A stretch of DNA of 64,000 nucleotides from a virus (Duplodnaviria > Caudoviricetes). Below are positions 45,751 through 54,400 of the stretch, one piece after another (within the stretch, counting starts at the first letter, position 1; every line of letters starts with the position of its first letter). The position numbers and the translations under genes are program-made. The notes below the pieces were generated by a model. That model was not told the DNA's origin and ran no database searches. It worked only from the letters and a program-made list of their open reading frames with translations. The stretch covers positions 1 to 64,000 of the IMG/VR virus record IMGVR_UViG_3300028797_000101, one strand, 5' to 3'.

Positions 45751-47277
45751 ATGAGTATCACGAAAACTATTCATCCCTCTAGCAGACGTCCTGTTGCAAG
45801 CAACAGCCGCCCTGTTATGGCTAGTTCCAATGTTGGTGCTGCACGTCGTCCTGTAGCTCCTACCAATCGTCCTGCATCCGCTATTACAGCCGGTGTTCGT
45901 ACTCGTCAGCAGAGCCCTATTTCGGCTGCTATTTCTAAGCTGTCTCCTGAGAAGCAGATCTTCGCTCGTCAGCTGCAGGCAAATATGAATCGTCAGGCAC
46001 GTACCATCACTGCTGCTACCAACACGACCAACATCATGGCTCGCCCGGATTTCATGGAGCTGCTGCCTATGTTCGTTCAGAAGCTGCTTATCCTGGACGT
46101 TTATGGTTCCGTAGCAATGAAGTCCCGTCAGCAGTTGATTCCTTACTTCAAGTTCATCGCTGAGAACACTAAGGGTGAGACGAAGGCCGGTGACATCCTC
46201 TCCAGTCCTTTCGTAAATCGTCAGGGTGTTGATCCTAACTTCACCAGCAAGACCATCAAGAATGAGGTAATTGCTGAAGGCACCGATATCACCGACAACT
46301 TGACCGTTGTTTACACTCCTGTACTTCCTGGTTCCGTAACCATCAAGTATGTAGCTTCCGGCGTTACTACCGCACTTGTTGATGACGGTAACGGCAACAT
46401 CGTTGAGGCAGGTTCTACTACTACCGCAGGTGTTATCAATTACAGCACCGGTTCCATCAGCTTCGTGAACGGTGTGCTTACTCCTGCAGCAGGCAACAGC
46501 GTTTCTGCAACTTATCAGTACGACAACGAGAACGTAGGTCCTAGAACTCCTGGCAATGGCGGTTATGGTTACGAGTACGGCGCACAGATGGCTAAGGGCT
46601 ACTTGCAGCTGGATGAGATCAACATGGTAGCTGAAGCTCACGAGCTTGCTTGCTACTGGAGCATCTTCTCCGCATTCGCAGCACAGCAAGAGTACGGCTC
46701 CAACGTAGGCGACATCGCGAAGGAAGCTGCTTTCTCTGAACTCACTGCTGAAATCAACACCGATGGCTTCCAGCGTCTGCTCCAGGCTGCATCCTACAAG
46801 CCTCAGTTCAACTGGGATGCATCTCCTGTACTTACCGGTTCTGTTGTTCCTTCCGATTACCTGAACATGTTCAAGCTTAAGCTCACTCAGGCAGCTGCTT
46901 CCATTTATCAGGCAACCAGATTAACGCAGCCTAACAAGCTGATCGTTGGTTCCAACGTAGCTTCTTACATCAGCATGATCAACGGATTTGTTGCACAGGG
47001 CGCAGCAGAGAACGTAGGTCCTTACAAGGCAGGTAAGCTGGATCAGTTCGACATCTATGTAGATCCTAACTACAATCCGGATACTTGGGTAATGGCTTGC
47101 AAGTCTAACGACATCAGACGTAATACCGCTCTCTTCGGCGAGTACATGCCTCTGACGAGTACCGATGCGGTAGGTTTGGCCAATAGCTCGGTACAGCAGG
47201 GTTACGCTACGATGTATGGTATGAAGATCGTAAATCCTGACACCGTTGTATCCGGTAAGATTCTCGGCACATTCTAA
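45751..47277 (+). CDS. Major capsid protein (T4 gp23-like)
   Basis: M.S....I.Y.KF, L...WS.....G.......ELTAEIN, GPYKAGKL....IY.DP, YMPL, G.AT.YG.K.VN; strong codon bias; follows protease. Confidence 0.9.
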   Translation: MSITKTIHPSSRRPVASNSRPVMASSNVGAARRPVAPTNRPASAITAGVRTRQQSPISAAISKLSPEKQIFARQLQANMNRQARTITAATNTTNIMARPDFMELLPMFVQKLLILDVYGSVAMKSRQQLIPYFKFIAENTKGETKAGDILSSPFVNRQGVDPNFTSKTIKNEVIAEGTDITDNLTVVYTPVLPGSVTIKYVASGVTTALVDDGNGNIVEAGSTTTAGVINYSTGSISFVNGVLTPAAGNSVSATYQYDNENVGPRTPGNGGYGYEYGAQMAKGYLQLDEINMVAEAHELACYWSIFSAFAAQQEYGSNVGDIAKEAAFSELTAEINTDGFQRLLQAASYKPQFNWDASPVLTGSVVPSDYLNMFKLKLTQAAASIYQATRLTQPNKLIVGSNVASYISMINGFVAQGAAENVGPYKAGKLDQFDIYVDPNYNPDTWVMACKSNDIRRNTALFGEYMPLTSTDAVGLANSSVQQGYATMYGMKIVNPDTVVSGKILGTF

Positions 47278-47336
47278 GCAGCTTAACATTCTGAAGATGA
47301 ACTCTCACCCTCTTCAAAAAGAAAGATAACCAATTC

Positions 47337-47369
47337 AGCCCGCGACTTCAAGAGTTGCGGGCTTTCTTT
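47337..47369 (+). terminator. Intrinsic terminator after the capsid gene
   Basis: AGCCCGCGACT...AGTTGCGGGCT plus TTCTTT. Confidence 0.85.
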
Positions 47370-47460
47370 GTGTATAATCATAGGCAAATATCTCACCTTA
47401 TATAACACTGGTACATAAATAAACTATGTATACATTATAGATAAATTGGCGAGGTACATC

Positions 47461-47805
47461 ATGGATTTCACACAGGTTTCTGTAATTTTAGCTCTTCTCC
47501 TTTCCATATTCAATCTTTGGGACAAAATTGAAACGCGAGTAAGACAAGCAAAAGAGCCGACGAAGCAGCTTGAAAATCGGCTAGCTACTATTGAGAAAGT
47601 ATTAAACGAAGATTATGCTCAGAAGTTCAAGACCTATGACGCACACTTTGACAATGATCTGAGAAGAATCGAAGAAATTGAAAAAGGGAACAGAGTAACA
47701 CAACAAGCGATCCTTGCATTACTCAAACACGCAATAGACGGAAATGATGTATCCGCGCTTAAAGAAGCAAGTGATGCTTTAACAAAGTACTTGATAAACA
47801 GATAA
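47461..47805 (+). CDS. Small membrane-anchored coiled-coil protein (holin-like?)
   Basis: One N-terminal hydrophobic helix; ALL.H.IDGN...L...L..YL C-terminus. Confidence 0.5.
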   Translation: MDFTQVSVILALLLSIFNLWDKIETRVRQAKEPTKQLENRLATIEKVLNEDYAQKFKTYDAHFDNDLRRIEEIEKGNRVTQQAILALLKHAIDGNDVSALKEASDALTKYLINR

Positions 47806-47871
47806 ACTTTACTTAGAACCTTATATATTTCCAGGTTAGAACTTCACAGAAATTCAATGGAGGTACAACAA

Positions 47872-48090
47872 ATGAATGCCAAATTGATTCAAAACATGAT
47901 AGACGCACTTGACGAAGCGTCTTCTAAGATCTTCAAGGCCTACAAAGCTCTTGAGGTGGCTAAGGACAGTGGAATACATGTGAATCTTGCAGCACAGAAA
48001 AAGGAACTTGTGAATTTGTGCGACCAGCTTGATGAGTTATCTATGTATTACGGACGTGAGCTGGAAAACAGACAAAACGGAGAGCAATAA
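47872..48090 (+). CDS. Small helical hypothetical protein
   Basis: ATG after GGAGGT. Confidence 0.6.
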   Translation: MNAKLIQNMIDALDEASSKIFKAYKALEVAKDSGIHVNLAAQKKELVNLCDQLDELSMYYGRELENRQNGEQ

Positions 48091-48220
48091 AGCAGCTACA
48101 GTTAATTCAAGCACTAAAGGTAACCTTATATGTATATAGGAGGGTGAGAGCTCCAGAAAAAGCTGCTGCATAAACGGTTATCTTTTGTTCTAGATCAATT
48201 AAATTAGGAGGATAATTCTT

Positions 48221-48877
48221 ATGTCAGTTACTATCAAGATCGTATATGGCGGTCCTATTGTTGATGTAACACGCCAGGGTCAGAGTATCGCAAGATATTT
48301 CGAGCCTACTAATTCGTATGTTGACACTCCTGTATTCACAGACGGTCACGGCGCGGATTATGGCAAGTCTATCTACGCAACCAACGTTGAAGGTTGGGGC
48401 AAGCTTGATGGTCTGAAGCCTATGGCTTCTACTCCTGTTAAGTTTGCAGAGTACGAGCAGGCGATCATCGCTGCTGCAAATACTGCTGAAGGTGCAGTGA
48501 ACGCAGGTGTAACGTTTGAGGTTGATGGCTACACCGAAGAGCTGTATTGGAACCAGATGGCACCTAACATGGTTTCTCAGGGCTTCTACACCAAGGTTGG
48601 CGACAAGGAGTACGGCGTACTTCCCGAGAACGGCGCACCTTATGTAAAGCTTGACAAGACGTCCGCATCTATCGCAGTAGCAGGTACTGTTACGCTTGTT
48701 GCAACTACGCTTCCCGCAGATGCTTCTGTTACCTGGACTTCTAGCGCAGAAGGTAAGGCTGAGGTTACTGATGGTGTTGTTACCGGTGTTGCAGCTGGTG
48801 ATGCTGTTATCACTGCAGCAATCACTCTTGGCAGCACAACCTACAGCGCAACTTGCGACGTTACGGTAACCGCGTAA
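48221..48877 (+). CDS. Putative capsid decoration/structural protein with Big_2 Ig domain
   Basis: LDKTSASIAV.GTVTL.AT..PA...VTWTSS....A.V..GVVTGVAAG.A.ITA; capsid-like codon bias. Confidence 0.75.
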   Translation: MSVTIKIVYGGPIVDVTRQGQSIARYFEPTNSYVDTPVFTDGHGADYGKSIYATNVEGWGKLDGLKPMASTPVKFAEYEQAIIAAANTAEGAVNAGVTFEVDGYTEELYWNQMAPNMVSQGFYTKVGDKEYGVLPENGAPYVKLDKTSASIAVAGTVTLVATTLPADASVTWTSSAEGKAEVTDGVVTGVAAGDAVITAAITLGSTTYSATCDVTVTA

Positions 48878-48917
48878 ACAGCATCAATGAATATCTTGGA
48901 AGGAGGATCTAGTTCTT

Positions 48918-49628
48918 ATGACAATAGACGAAGTTGTCGATCAAGTAAGTTTTATGCTAGGTCTTCCTGCCAATGATAACGTAGAAGGATTGCAGCTCAA
49001 AAGAGCTGTACAGATTGCGTTTCAGGAATTGAAGCGCTACATGAAGACACCGGTAGATAAAACAGTACCGTTCGCAACGCGTATAAAACTATCCGATGTA
49101 GGAATCATAACAAAGAATGTGTTATATGTCCAAGCAGCGCAACCTAGGATAGGTTTAACAATGAGCTCTATAGATAGCGGAAATGTATTTCAAGTAGCTG
49201 CAGCAGTTAACACATACAGTGCAATAGGTAATACAAGTACTATCAACATTGACCCTATCATGACTGAGATGGCGATGGCGCAAGTAAGAAACACACTTAG
49301 CACCGACTTCCAGTGGAGATATGATAGCAACAATGATGTAGTGTATTGCACACATAGAGATCCAAGACCTTCACAGATTACTATTCGATATGTTCCGGAT
49401 TACCAGGATGTATCAGAAATCAAGAGTAACATGTGGATCAACTATCTTCTCAGATTAAGCGAAGCTAACATGAAGAAAGCATTAGGTCGTACAAGATCCA
49501 AATACACGATCGAAGGCTCAAATGTAACGTTTGACGGTGAGGTGCTTTTAACAGAAGCTAACGCAGAGCTAGAAGCTATCAGAGCAGAACTTGAAGGTCA
49601 CAGAAGTAAACTTGTGATACTAAACTAA
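48918..49628 (+). CDS. Neck/head-completion protein (T4 gp13-like)
   Basis: LG.P...VE......A...W......A..K..LG..RSKY......V..DG..L..EA..E. Confidence 0.7.
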   Translation: MTIDEVVDQVSFMLGLPANDNVEGLQLKRAVQIAFQELKRYMKTPVDKTVPFATRIKLSDVGIITKNVLYVQAAQPRIGLTMSSIDSGNVFQVAAAVNTYSAIGNTSTINIDPIMTEMAMAQVRNTLSTDFQWRYDSNNDVVYCTHRDPRPSQITIRYVPDYQDVSEIKSNMWINYLLRLSEANMKKALGRTRSKYTIEGSNVTFDGEVLLTEANAELEAIRAELEGHRSKLVILN

Positions 49629-49655
49629 ATTTTATAGAAAAGGAGAATTTAACTC

Positions 49656-50096
49656 ATGCGCAATAATAGAAGACACTATCGCGTAGTTGCTGATGAACTC
49701 ATTGATGAGAATCTTGATCAGATCGACGCTATGCCAGATGATGTAGAAGATGTTGCAGATGATGCACAGGTTGACGTAGCACCTGAAGCTTCCGAGCTCT
49801 TGTTCGAAGCTGAAGATGTTGCAGAGCTGCTTGCAGAAGTAACCGGAGACGATGTAGAGGTAACCGTAGATGAGGATTCCGTTAAGTTTACAGTTGGCGA
49901 TGTAGATTACACCGTAGCTGCAGAAGGTGACGAGGAGATCCTTGAGAGTTCTCGCATCTACAACAAGAAGAGTATCAAGGCGTCTGTTCGCAGACCCGTA
50001 AAGTCCTCTACTCAGGCAGCGCCTAAGCGTGCTGTTGCAAGACCTGCTGCTCCCGCACAGAAGCCTGTTCGTAGAGTATCTCGCACAACTCGCTAA
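49656..50096 (+). CDS. Acidic/basic core or scaffold-like protein
   Basis: Acidic body, basic tail RRPVKSS resembling the capsid leader; VVAD, IKAS sites. Confidence 0.55.
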   Translation: MRNNRRHYRVVADELIDENLDQIDAMPDDVEDVADDAQVDVAPEASELLFEAEDVAELLAEVTGDDVEVTVDEDSVKFTVGDVDYTVAAEGDEEILESSRIYNKKSIKASVRRPVKSSTQAAPKRAVARPAAPAQKPVRRVSRTTR

Positions 50097-50115
50097 ATAA
50101 CAGCGTAAGAAAAAA

Positions 50116-50170
50116 ACGCATGGTTGCATGATTGGACATTTCACACATGCAATCATGCGTATTTTACTTT
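50116..50170 (+). terminator. Intrinsic terminator
   Basis: ACGCATGGTTGCATG...CATGCAATCATGCGT plus ATTTTACTTT. Confidence 0.7.
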
Positions 50171-50190
50171 CATGACGAGGTGAAATAAAA

Positions 50191-51249
50191 ATGAGTCTGA
50201 TGGATAAGCTTTTTGGAAAACTGAAAGTGGCTATGTCTGAAGTTACAAATAATCTCATCGGAGATGGAGTAGACATCATAGACAAACATGTTTCTCAAAA
50301 TGGTGTATTTAATTGGGTCATTCGTCTTCAATCTATGGAGAACAAGAATGAGTACAAAGACATTCAGGTGACGGTGGTTCCTGTTGAAGACAAGCCTGGA
50401 TATGTTGACCTAGAGTTCGTGTCAAATGATGGAAAATCAGAATCGTATCTAGATGTTGCTGCAAAAGACATTGAGTACTACTGCAGAGAAGTAGGTAAAG
50501 ATATGTATGGTTTTGAAACTAAATTCTCTTCGACGTTTACAGATTCCGAATCAGCAAAACTAGAGAAGAAGCGTCAAAGAGCTGCAAAACTTGAAGCCCA
50601 GCGTCAGAAAGATGCACAGAGAAATGTAAATAGCGCCAAAGTTATACATGTTACGTGCAGTAAGATAGAGGGAAGTGAAGACATTGAGATCATTCCATCT
50701 GCTTCGTCTTATTCTCTTTGGGAGGCATCAAAAGATCTCAATCTTGCATTAGATGGTGGTGTATTTGATGGCGCTGCTGCAGATAAGTGTTATGCGCTTA
50801 CAGTAGACCCTGAAAGCTTCACTATTGGCGAAGTATGCGAAGATGACACCACGCTGAAGTATCAAACACTTCAAAATATTATCTCCCAGTTGTCTACTAT
50901 TGCAAGACAACTGCATTACATAAGCAACTTTTCGGAGAAGTCATCCTCTAGCCCAAAGTTACGAGATACATCTAACCTGTTCTGGTTGATAGATGAGCAG
51001 ATACGAACCATGTCACAGCTGTCTATTGAGCTTTATCATACAGTAGACTATCCAGAGTCAAGTAAAGACGAGATAATAACTGTTTCTGAAGTCGAAAGTG
51101 CATCTTGTATCGACAGAATTTCGATGGAAATAACTCGTCTGATTGAGTCTTATCAATTCATGTATTTTAGCTATCCAGAAGATATCAAAAATTTAGTAGA
51201 TCAATACATCAGAAGCTTGAACCGGACGGTAAACTTTATTTTACAATAG
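50191..51249 (+). CDS. Hypothetical protein
   Basis: 352 aa, SD GAGGTG. Confidence 0.65.
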   Translation: MSLMDKLFGKLKVAMSEVTNNLIGDGVDIIDKHVSQNGVFNWVIRLQSMENKNEYKDIQVTVVPVEDKPGYVDLEFVSNDGKSESYLDVAAKDIEYYCREVGKDMYGFETKFSSTFTDSESAKLEKKRQRAAKLEAQRQKDAQRNVNSAKVIHVTCSKIEGSEDIEIIPSASSYSLWEASKDLNLALDGGVFDGAAADKCYALTVDPESFTIGEVCEDDTTLKYQTLQNIISQLSTIARQLHYISNFSEKSSSSPKLRDTSNLFWLIDEQIRTMSQLSIELYHTVDYPESSKDEIITVSEVESASCIDRISMEITRLIESYQFMYFSYPEDIKNLVDQYIRSLNRTVNFILQ

Positions 51250-51270
51250 CCAACTTCGTTATAGTTATAC

Positions 51271-51699
51271 ATGAAGAGCTATTGGACAAACAACAAATTG
51301 ATAGATACTTTAGCAGCTGCACTTGGAAACAGGTACGCTGCGATACAGTACATAATGAAATTCGCAAGGCATAAAGCGGATGAATGTGATAATGTGATAT
51401 TGCATTCCTCTGCTTTAGTTTGGATTGTTACAGGTTCTGTTCCAAAAGATCTAAAACTTCGTCTGAACATCAAAAAATATCGTCTATCCAAATCTCTCGA
51501 CACATTTCTTGAATACGTCACAGATGATGAAATCAAAGAAGCTGTGAAATACTCTGTAGCACAATCTGTTCAAGCTTTTAACCTTACATATGAATACAAC
51601 AATATACAGGAAGTTTCTAGGCAAGCACGAGTAAGAATACTTGTCAGAATAATACTAGAATCCCTTGATCAGGAGGTTATTTATCATGGAAGAAACTAA
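51271..51699 (+). CDS. RNA polymerase omega-subunit (RpoZ)-like protein with C-terminal extension
   Basis: IDTL...LGNRY-x9-AR and AL-x2-I-x2-G match RpoZ motif spacing. Confidence 0.5.
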   Translation: MKSYWTNNKLIDTLAAALGNRYAAIQYIMKFARHKADECDNVILHSSALVWIVTGSVPKDLKLRLNIKKYRLSKSLDTFLEYVTDDEIKEAVKYSVAQSVQAFNLTYEYNNIQEVSRQARVRILVRIILESLDQEVIYHGRN

Positions 51700-52246
51700 A
51701 GTAGAAGTGAACGCAGTGGAAGAAAAACCTGCTAAGCGCACTTATAACAGACAGAAGAAAACAGAAACTGCAGTCAAGTCAGAAACTGCAGAGGTTACGA
51801 AGGACACCGAGTCTATTAAAGTTGAGGTTGCGGAAGAAAAGGCCGAAACTGAGGTTAAAGTAGCTAACGAAGCAAAACAAGAAGAAGTTAAGGCTGAGGA
51901 GAAGAAAGAGGAAATTAAGGTGGAGGAGCCGGTCGAGATTCCGGAAGAAGTTAAGGCTGAGGAGCCTGAGAAACCGGCAGAGACACTGGAAGAGGTTAAG
52001 GCCGTACTGTCTATCGAAAAACCTGAAATCGGCTCAGATGAACCAGATCTCAAAGCTTCTTATGTAATAAGAAAGCCTGTTATGATTTATTTCGTTCCTC
52101 GGGTTTCTGAACGCTACAAGATGTTTGTAGGAGTAGTTCGAGTTCTTGATAAAGTAGATGACAAGTTCGTCAAGATCGCTTATAGAGATAGCGGAACAGG
52201 GAAGGACATAACTGCATATGTATTAACTTCATCTCTCCCGCAGTAA
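51686..52246 (+). CDS. Glu/Lys-rich low-complexity protein with small C-terminal domain
   Basis: EEVKAEE repeats; ATG after AGGAGG. Confidence 0.65.
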   Translation: MEETKVEVNAVEEKPAKRTYNRQKKTETAVKSETAEVTKDTESIKVEVAEEKAETEVKVANEAKQEEVKAEEKKEEIKVEEPVEIPEEVKAEEPEKPAETLEEVKAVLSIEKPEIGSDEPDLKASYVIRKPVMIYFVPRVSERYKMFVGVVRVLDKVDDKFVKIAYRDSGTGKDITAYVLTSSLPQ

Positions 52247-52267
52247 CAAAAGGAGGGCAACTAAAAT

Positions 52268-53458
52268 ATGAATCCTTCAGGAAATGTACAATTTGTTTAT
52301 GTAGTAGGTGATGTATTGCCTGAGGAGGTAGATGATTCTACCATCTACATTGTAGGTACAGAAAAGAAATCTATCTACGTAGGGTCAGAACTCATTGTAT
52401 CTGACCTTACTGGAGACATTGAAACAATTGAAGAACAAATTGGCAATAATACTTTAGGTACTAGCGTTCCAAAGTATGACGTGTCGTTTACAGATCACAC
52501 CTATTCAGCTAGTAACGGTAGTACGGATGGCACCATTACTATTACACAAGAAGCTATTTATGCGCCTAATGATACTGGTGAGCACCATCAACAGATTCCG
52601 GCTGTTTCTTTTACACCTAAAGTGGGTGGATGGGATGAAGTTGTAGCTTCCATTCCTAAATCGTATTATACCGCTACTGCTAATTCATCTATGGGTAATA
52701 AATCTGATAGTACCCGAAATAACTTTAACTTATTATCATATGCCTTTCTCAATAATACTAAAAGTAATAACACGATTATTGGAAAAATAGATTATGGGTA
52801 CAGTGTGAAGGCATTTTCAAGTAGCGCATCAATTATTTTACAGTGTTATTTAGGTAATAACAGTATTTTATACAAAAACATACCTGTAACTAGCACTGGT
52901 CATGTTTATGAAACTGAAATGATTATGACTCAGGCTAATCAATTAAGTGAAAACGGTGTAGCGTACATTGGAATAACGTCATATAATTGCACCATAACTG
53001 GATGCGATGGTACCGTGTATTTATACGCAGGTAATTTAAGTGGACATACAAATTATGTAGAAATGGACGATTTTGATGAATGGACTGCAACTGGAAACGT
53101 ACAATGCAGTTATCAGTCAATGTACGGGGGATGGTTAATTACTACAGACAATGCAAGTCCTGCAAGTTGTAAATTAACTAAAACATTTAATGTTGAGGGC
53201 GATAGAGATTATACGCTAATTATAGATACAATGATGTGTGACGGTGTAAGCGGTTATGCAAGTATAGAAATGGAAGATTTAAGCGTTGGAGCAACTTCAT
53301 ATCCACCAGTAAAAATAGACACAAATAATCAAGGTGGTTTTAGAACTTATCTTACAACTAATGAAGAAGCTACTCAAATGAAAATTACCATTGACTTAAG
53401 TAATGTTTACACCACAGGTACGGCTATGTTCCTGTTAAATAAAATGTATCTTGCTTAA
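52268..53458 (+). CDS. Fibre/adhesin-like protein, N-terminal paralogue of 3386
   Basis: MNPSGNVQFVYV.G..LP..VDDST.YIVGT..K..Y.GS; beta-rich C-terminus. Confidence 0.6.
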   Translation: MNPSGNVQFVYVVGDVLPEEVDDSTIYIVGTEKKSIYVGSELIVSDLTGDIETIEEQIGNNTLGTSVPKYDVSFTDHTYSASNGSTDGTITITQEAIYAPNDTGEHHQQIPAVSFTPKVGGWDEVVASIPKSYYTATANSSMGNKSDSTRNNFNLLSYAFLNNTKSNNTIIGKIDYGYSVKAFSSSASIILQCYLGNNSILYKNIPVTSTGHVYETEMIMTQANQLSENGVAYIGITSYNCTITGCDGTVYLYAGNLSGHTNYVEMDDFDEWTATGNVQCSYQSMYGGWLITTDNASPASCKLTKTFNVEGDRDYTLIIDTMMCDGVSGYASIEMEDLSVGATSYPPVKIDTNNQGGFRTYLTTNEEATQMKITIDLSNVYTTGTAMFLLNKMYLA

Positions 53459-53580
53459 TTAAAACCGATTTTAATAAAGTAATGCATCTAGAAGTTACAT
53501 TAAAAGAACTTGGAGTTTTCTTTAATAAGAAGAAAACCAACAATGTATCTGATAGAGTAACTAGTTCTGAAATTTTATAC

Positions 53581-53618
53581 AAAGACCTTGGTACGAATCG
53601 GCGCGCCAGGGTCTTTTC
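53581..53618 (+). terminator. Intrinsic terminator
   Basis: AAAGACCTTGG...CCAGGGTCTTTT. Confidence 0.7.
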
Positions 53619-53701
53619 TATGTGTATCGTTATGTTATTCAACAAAATAAATTTGATGACGATCTCATGTAATGTTGTTATATCAGAATGGAGGTGATTA
53701 A

Positions 53702-53989
53702 ATGAGTGAGTTGGAATATTATCAAGATCTAGACACTCATCCTTTTACAGGAAAGCGTGTGTTACGAAGACCAATTAGAGCAAGGATCAAAGCTACCGAA
53801 CACATTCTGCATTTCTTCGATGGGTCGGAAGGTTACTATCAGGTAAAAGATCTGACGATCGGTAAGACATATGAAATCAAGGCTGTTGAAGGTTTCGGGG
53901 ACGTCGCAGATGCTCTGTTTGAGAATGACAAAGGTGAAGAAACACGAGCAATGATCGGTTGGTTTGAAGCTGTTGATAAAGACGCGTAA
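53702..53989 (+). CDS. Hypothetical protein
   Basis: SD GGAGGTG. Confidence 0.65.
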   Translation: MSELEYYQDLDTHPFTGKRVLRRPIRARIKATEHILHFFDGSEGYYQVKDLTIGKTYEIKAVEGFGDVADALFENDKGEETRAMIGWFEAVDKDA

Positions 53990-54003
53990 TGAGGTAGTCA
54001 ATC

Positions 54004-54126
54004 ATGTATGATATTATACATTTATGGCACAATACACAAGGTGATGCTGACCAATACTTTGTACGTAAAGGAGAAAAAATTTTGTTCAGAATTCCGAAGT
54101 GGTTAGGGAGATTGCTCATGTCATGA
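54004..54126 (+). CDS. Small hypothetical protein (40 aa)
   Basis: SD GAGGT; MYDIIHLWHNTQGD... Confidence 0.4.
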   Translation: MYDIIHLWHNTQGDADQYFVRKGEKILFRIPKWLGRLLMS

Positions 54127-54203
54127 ATTCGGTTAACTGCAAATATCTTCAATTCTCTGATTCGTTATGTTGTTACATGCATTAAAATAAGAGGAGAAAC
54201 AAC

Positions 54204-54383
54204 ATGAATGATAAGCGAGTAAAAGAGCCTTGTCCGTTCTGCGGAAATCCTGCAGAAAATATTCAGATAAAGCGTTACACTAACGGGTACAACAAGATAA
54301 TGTGCCCAGAGTGCAATGCGACGTTTGAAGGTTTCTATAGCAGACAAGAAGTTATAGACAAGTGGAACCATAGGTTCAGATAG
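54204..54383 (+). CDS. Lar-family (restriction alleviation-like) Zn-finger protein (59 aa, not in ORF track)
   Basis: PCPFCG...CPEC.A........I.KWN.R; SD GAGGAG. Confidence 0.7.
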   Translation: MNDKRVKEPCPFCGNPAENIQIKRYTNGYNKIMCPECNATFEGFYSRQEVIDKWNHRFR

Positions 54384-54400
54384 GAGGTAGGTTGTGTTAT

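Noticed and set aside
45535-46689. 384-aa minus-strand ORF and similar antisense ORFs (22653-23141, 49632-50285)
   Set aside because: Shadows of strongly codon-biased + strand genes; no SD or recognisable motifs
53482-53697. 71-aa ORF
   Set aside because: No SD and it spans a terminator plus promoter motif; likely intergenic
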